From Allobaculum fili (GTDB taxonomy: Bacteria > Bacillota_I > Bacilli_A > Erysipelotrichales > Erysipelotrichaceae): a stretch of 8,111 bases of DNA. Made by a program: the position numbers and the translations under genes. Below, piece by piece: positions 6,454-8,111 of the stretch (its first letter is position 1; every line of letters begins with the position of its first letter). The notes beneath the pieces are model-generated. The model worked only from the letters and a program-made list of their open reading frames with translations, was not told where the DNA came from and searched no databases. The stretch spans positions 1-8,111 of the forward strand of contig NZ_JAHDSX010000068.1 of assembly GCF_020969955.1 (NCBI RefSeq), written 5' to 3'.

Positions 6454-6489
6454 GTTTATGATAAACGACTAAAAACATTCGATAAACGA
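6454..6489 (+). promoter_or_regulatory. Operator-like ATAAAC repeats upstream of the DUF2975/XRE pair
   Basis: Palindrome GTTTAT-g-ATAAAC at 6454-6466. Direct repeat GATAAACGA at 6460-6468 and 6481-6489, 21 bp apart (two helical turns), placed just upstream of the -35 position of the promoter at 6520-6528. Confidence 0.35.
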
Positions 6490-6519
6490 TAAATATAGAA
6501 TGCAAAACGTTAAAAATCA

Positions 6520-6528
6520 TGGTATACT
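6520..6528 (+). promoter_or_regulatory. Extended -10 promoter element TGgTATACT for 6556-7427
   Basis: TG (6520-6521), n, TATACT (6523-6528; 5/6 to TATAAT). It lies 28 nt upstream of the ATG at 6556, with AGGAGG in between. The -35 is weak (ATGCAA/TGCAAA), as is common for extended -10 promoters. Confidence 0.6.
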
Positions 6529-6555
6529 CTAGCCATCAAACAGGAGGAATTCCGT

Positions 6556-7131
6556 ATGGAAAAACTGTATGCCAGTCCCGCTTTTCAAAAAATCGCCATT
6601 GTTCTGATGAAAGTGATCGAAATTCTTTACTGGATCGGATCGATCGGCATGCTGCTTCTCATGCTTTACGGTCTGTTCAATCCAAGTGCTCTGCCTGAGC
6701 TTGCTGCAGGCCTTCGATCCTCCGGTCAGGATCTTGTGATCGGTAGCTACTCGCTCGAAATGAATACCGATACGGCTGCGTTGGCAAACCAGGATCTTGT
6801 TCTGTTTCTGTTTGCGTGCATGCTGATGATGACCATGATCGCGATGATTTTTCGCAATCTCTATCTGATCTTCCGGCGGTCCGAATCCGGTACGCCGTTT
6901 GATTCGGATTCCATTCGCATGATGGGCGAAATTGGGATTTTCTCGATTCTGATTCCCGTTATCGGTCTGCTCTTCAGCGTCATTTTGCGCATCCTTCATT
7001 TCTTTACTTCCGGTACAGCGGTCATGACGGTGTACATGGACGGTATCATTCTTGGCATCATCGTCTTCTTCATTGCCGGCTTCTTTGTTCGAGGCCATCA
7101 GCTTGAAGAAGATGTAGACGGACTGATTTAG
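6556..7131 (+). CDS. DUF2975-type integral membrane protein (4 predicted TM helices)
   Basis: Strong SD (ACAGGAGGAA) upstream. Four hydrophobic segments: IAIVLMKVIEILYWIGSIGMLLLMLYGLF, LVLFLFACMLMMTMIAMIF, IGIFSILIPVIGLLFSVIL, GIILGIIVFFIAGFF. A 'GTPFDSDSIRMMGEIG' loop between TM2 and TM3 is typical of DUF2975. The gene sits immediately upstream of a YozG-type HTH gene, which is the usual pairing. Confidence 0.85.
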   Translation: MEKLYASPAFQKIAIVLMKVIEILYWIGSIGMLLLMLYGLFNPSALPELAAGLRSSGQDLVIGSYSLEMNTDTAALANQDLVLFLFACMLMMTMIAMIFRNLYLIFRRSESGTPFDSDSIRMMGEIGIFSILIPVIGLLFSVILRILHFFTSGTAVMTVYMDGIILGIIVFFIAGFFVRGHQLEEDVDGLI

Positions 7132-7178
7132 TCTGGATTTTTGTTAGACTGAATAGAGAAAACGAGTCAGAAACAGCT

Positions 7179-7427
7179 ATGGGAAAAATCATTCTTCATC
7201 TTGACCGGGTGATGCTCGAGAGGCATATGAGCCTGAATGAACTTGCCAGCCAGGTCGGCATTACCAACGTCAACTTATCCAAAATCAAAAACAATAAAGT
7301 CAATGCGATTCGCTTCAGCACACTCGAAGGGATTTGCAGAGCGCTGAACTGTACGCCCGGCGATCTTCTCGAATACGTACCCGATGAATCTGACGAAGCG
7401 AAACCCAAAGAGATATCGGAAGAGTAA
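7179..7427 (+). CDS. XRE-family helix-turn-helix transcriptional regulator, YozG-like (COG3655 type)
   Basis: 82 aa. LDRVMLERHMSLNELASQVGITNVNLSKIKNNKVNAIRFSTLEGICRALNCTPGDLLEY is the characteristic YozG-family pattern (HTH followed by 'aiRfsTLe.iC.aL.C.PGDlLey'). Acidic C-terminal tail. Confidence 0.9.
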   Translation: MGKIILHLDRVMLERHMSLNELASQVGITNVNLSKIKNNKVNAIRFSTLEGICRALNCTPGDLLEYVPDESDEAKPKEISEE

Positions 7428-7447
7428 TCCGAAAGAGTAATCCGAAA
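7422..7447. repeat. Perfect 13-bp tandem duplication (GAGTAATCCGAAA x2) spanning the XRE stop codon
   Basis: Copy 1 is 7422-7434 and copy 2 is 7435-7447, identical. The TAA stop of 7179-7427 lies inside copy 1. Confidence 0.95.
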
Positions 7448-7652
7448 GATCCATGAGAGGGTGCAATCTGCAGGAAACACGGCTTCGTGTTCCGAATGGA
7501 AATGAGATCGTCGACAGGGTTGAGCAGGATCGCCTGCATACCTGTTGTCGGGCAGCTGCTTTCCGTCAAAAATGCATAAATAAAAAACGGATGGAAAAGA
7601 GGCTGCTGAAAAAGTCCCGTTTTTTGAAGTATAAAATCCGTGAAATAAAATT

Positions 7653-7693
7653 AAACCCAGCGAAGTTGCGTCAAAGACGCCCTCGTTGGGTTT
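7653..7693 (-). terminator. Hairpin, probable minus-strand terminator downstream of the transposase (or a structured IS end)
   Basis: AAACCCAGCGA (7653-7663) pairs with TCGTTGGGTTT (7683-7693) with one mismatch. An inner GCGTC-aaa-GACGC stem sits at 7668-7680. On the minus strand the hairpin is followed by AATTTTATTT (U-rich). On the plus strand the tail is only TTTGTGCTT. Confidence 0.5.
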
Positions 7694-8111
7694 GTGCTTG
7701 ATATGTGCATGATAATTTTCGAAAAAGCCGGTAATGGGGGTGAGATATCCCCATTATTCGGTGGATAAGTCCGTTTTTTCCGAATTTTGGGCGCACTTAT
7801 CCCAGGGATTTTCCGAAAGCTTAAAAATTCGCTGGATGTTTGACAGAAAGATCGTAACGGCCGCCTGCAGTTTCATTGAATTCAGCCCGCCTCCGCTCGC
7901 CTTACCGTATCCATAGTTCTGTTTAAGCTCGGCATTTTTCGCTTCGATTTTATAACGCTCATGCATCAGTTCCTGGTATTCTTCTGTCTCCATGAACGCC
8001 ATCTGCTCAAGGTGAATATCGCTTTTGATTTTGACGGAGTAGCTTTTTGATTTTGCTCCTTCTTTGTAGCACCCTTCTTTGAGCGGACAGTGTTTACAGC
8101 GCTCTACATCG
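7694..8111 (-). mobile_element. Partial insertion sequence (IS1182/IS5-like). The inner boundary is not determinable from this window
   Basis: Inferred from the transposase fragment. The other IS end is not in the window, so the terminal inverted repeat cannot be identified. The boundary is placed arbitrarily just outside the 7653-7693 hairpin and could lie anywhere between ~7450 and 7753. Confidence 0.35.
7754..8111 (-). CDS. IS1182/IS5-like DDE transposase, C-terminal part (N-terminus beyond the window edge)
   Basis: The minus-strand frame is open from the window edge: DVERCKHCPLKEGCYKEGAKSKSYSVKIKSDIHLEQMAFMETEEYQELMHERYKIEAKNAELKQNYGYGKASGGGLNSMKLQAAVTIFLSNIQRIFKL. The CxxCPL..C cluster followed by Y..R..IE..n.elK...G...a...GL......Q......N+.RI is the typical C-terminus of IS1182-family (DDE_Tnp_1_6-like) transposases. 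The listed ORF 7754-8002 is only the Met-initiated tail of this frame. Confidence 0.85.
   Translation of the reverse strand, partial: DVERCKHCPLKEGCYKEGAKSKSYSVKIKSDIHLEQMAFMETEEYQELMHERYKIEAKNAELKQNYGYGKASGGGLNSMKLQAAVTIFLSNIQRIFKLSENPWDKCAQNSEKTDLSTE

Noticed and set aside
6529-7098. 189-aa minus-strand ORF opposite the DUF2975 gene
   Set aside because: The plus-strand frame has a strong SD, four clean TM helices and the expected YozG neighbour. The minus-strand product is a charged low-complexity mirror.
7473-7493. Hairpin GGAAACACG-gctt-CGTGTTCC downstream of the XRE gene as its terminator
   Set aside because: The stem is reasonable, but neither strand has a following U-tract. It cannot be supported as an intrinsic terminator.
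7582-7625. AAAAAACGG ... CCGTTTTTT inverted repeat as a bidirectional terminator
   Set aside because: Only three G:C pairs, a ~27-nt loop, and a stem made mostly of A:U pairs. It is too weak to call.
7453-7701. 82-aa plus-strand ORF between the XRE gene and the IS
   Set aside because: Arg/Lys-rich low-complexity translation running through hairpins and A/T runs, with no RBS. It is probably intergenic or IS-end sequence.

Overview
The window starts inside the 3' end of a 5S rRNA gene (1-80), followed by a strong rho-independent terminator (86-135) and about 400 nt that I cannot assign. A same-strand (+) cluster follows. (1) A standalone beta-CASP metallo-beta-lactamase-fold nuclease at 536-1696. 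(2) After a 236-nt spacer that ends in a 5x 14-bp tandem array, a 448-aa protein at 1933-3279: Lys/Arg-rich low-complexity N-terminus, helical middle, and a C-terminal half that reads like GrpE. (3) Overlapping it by ATGA, a 988-aa atypical Hsp70 at 3276-6242: intact actin-fold ATPase motifs, an ~80-aa low-complexity insert, a DnaK-like beta substrate-binding region, and a ~300-aa HEAT-like helical C-terminus where the lid would be. A terminator closes the cluster at 6370-6412. Downstream lie a DUF2975-type four-TM membrane protein (6556-7131) and a YozG/XRE-type HTH regulator (7179-7427), preceded by a clear extended -10 promoter and ATAAAC repeats. The window ends in the C-terminal part of an IS1182/IS5-like DDE transposase on the minus strand (7754-8111, truncated by the window edge). 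The best candidate for a new system is the beta-CASP nuclease + GrpE-like + Hsp70-HEAT cluster, which has no J-domain partner and no CIRCE operator in the window. All functional calls come from reading motifs by eye. No database search or structure prediction was run, so family assignments, especially GrpE-like and HEAT-like, are hypotheses. No CRISPR array or tRNA was found.
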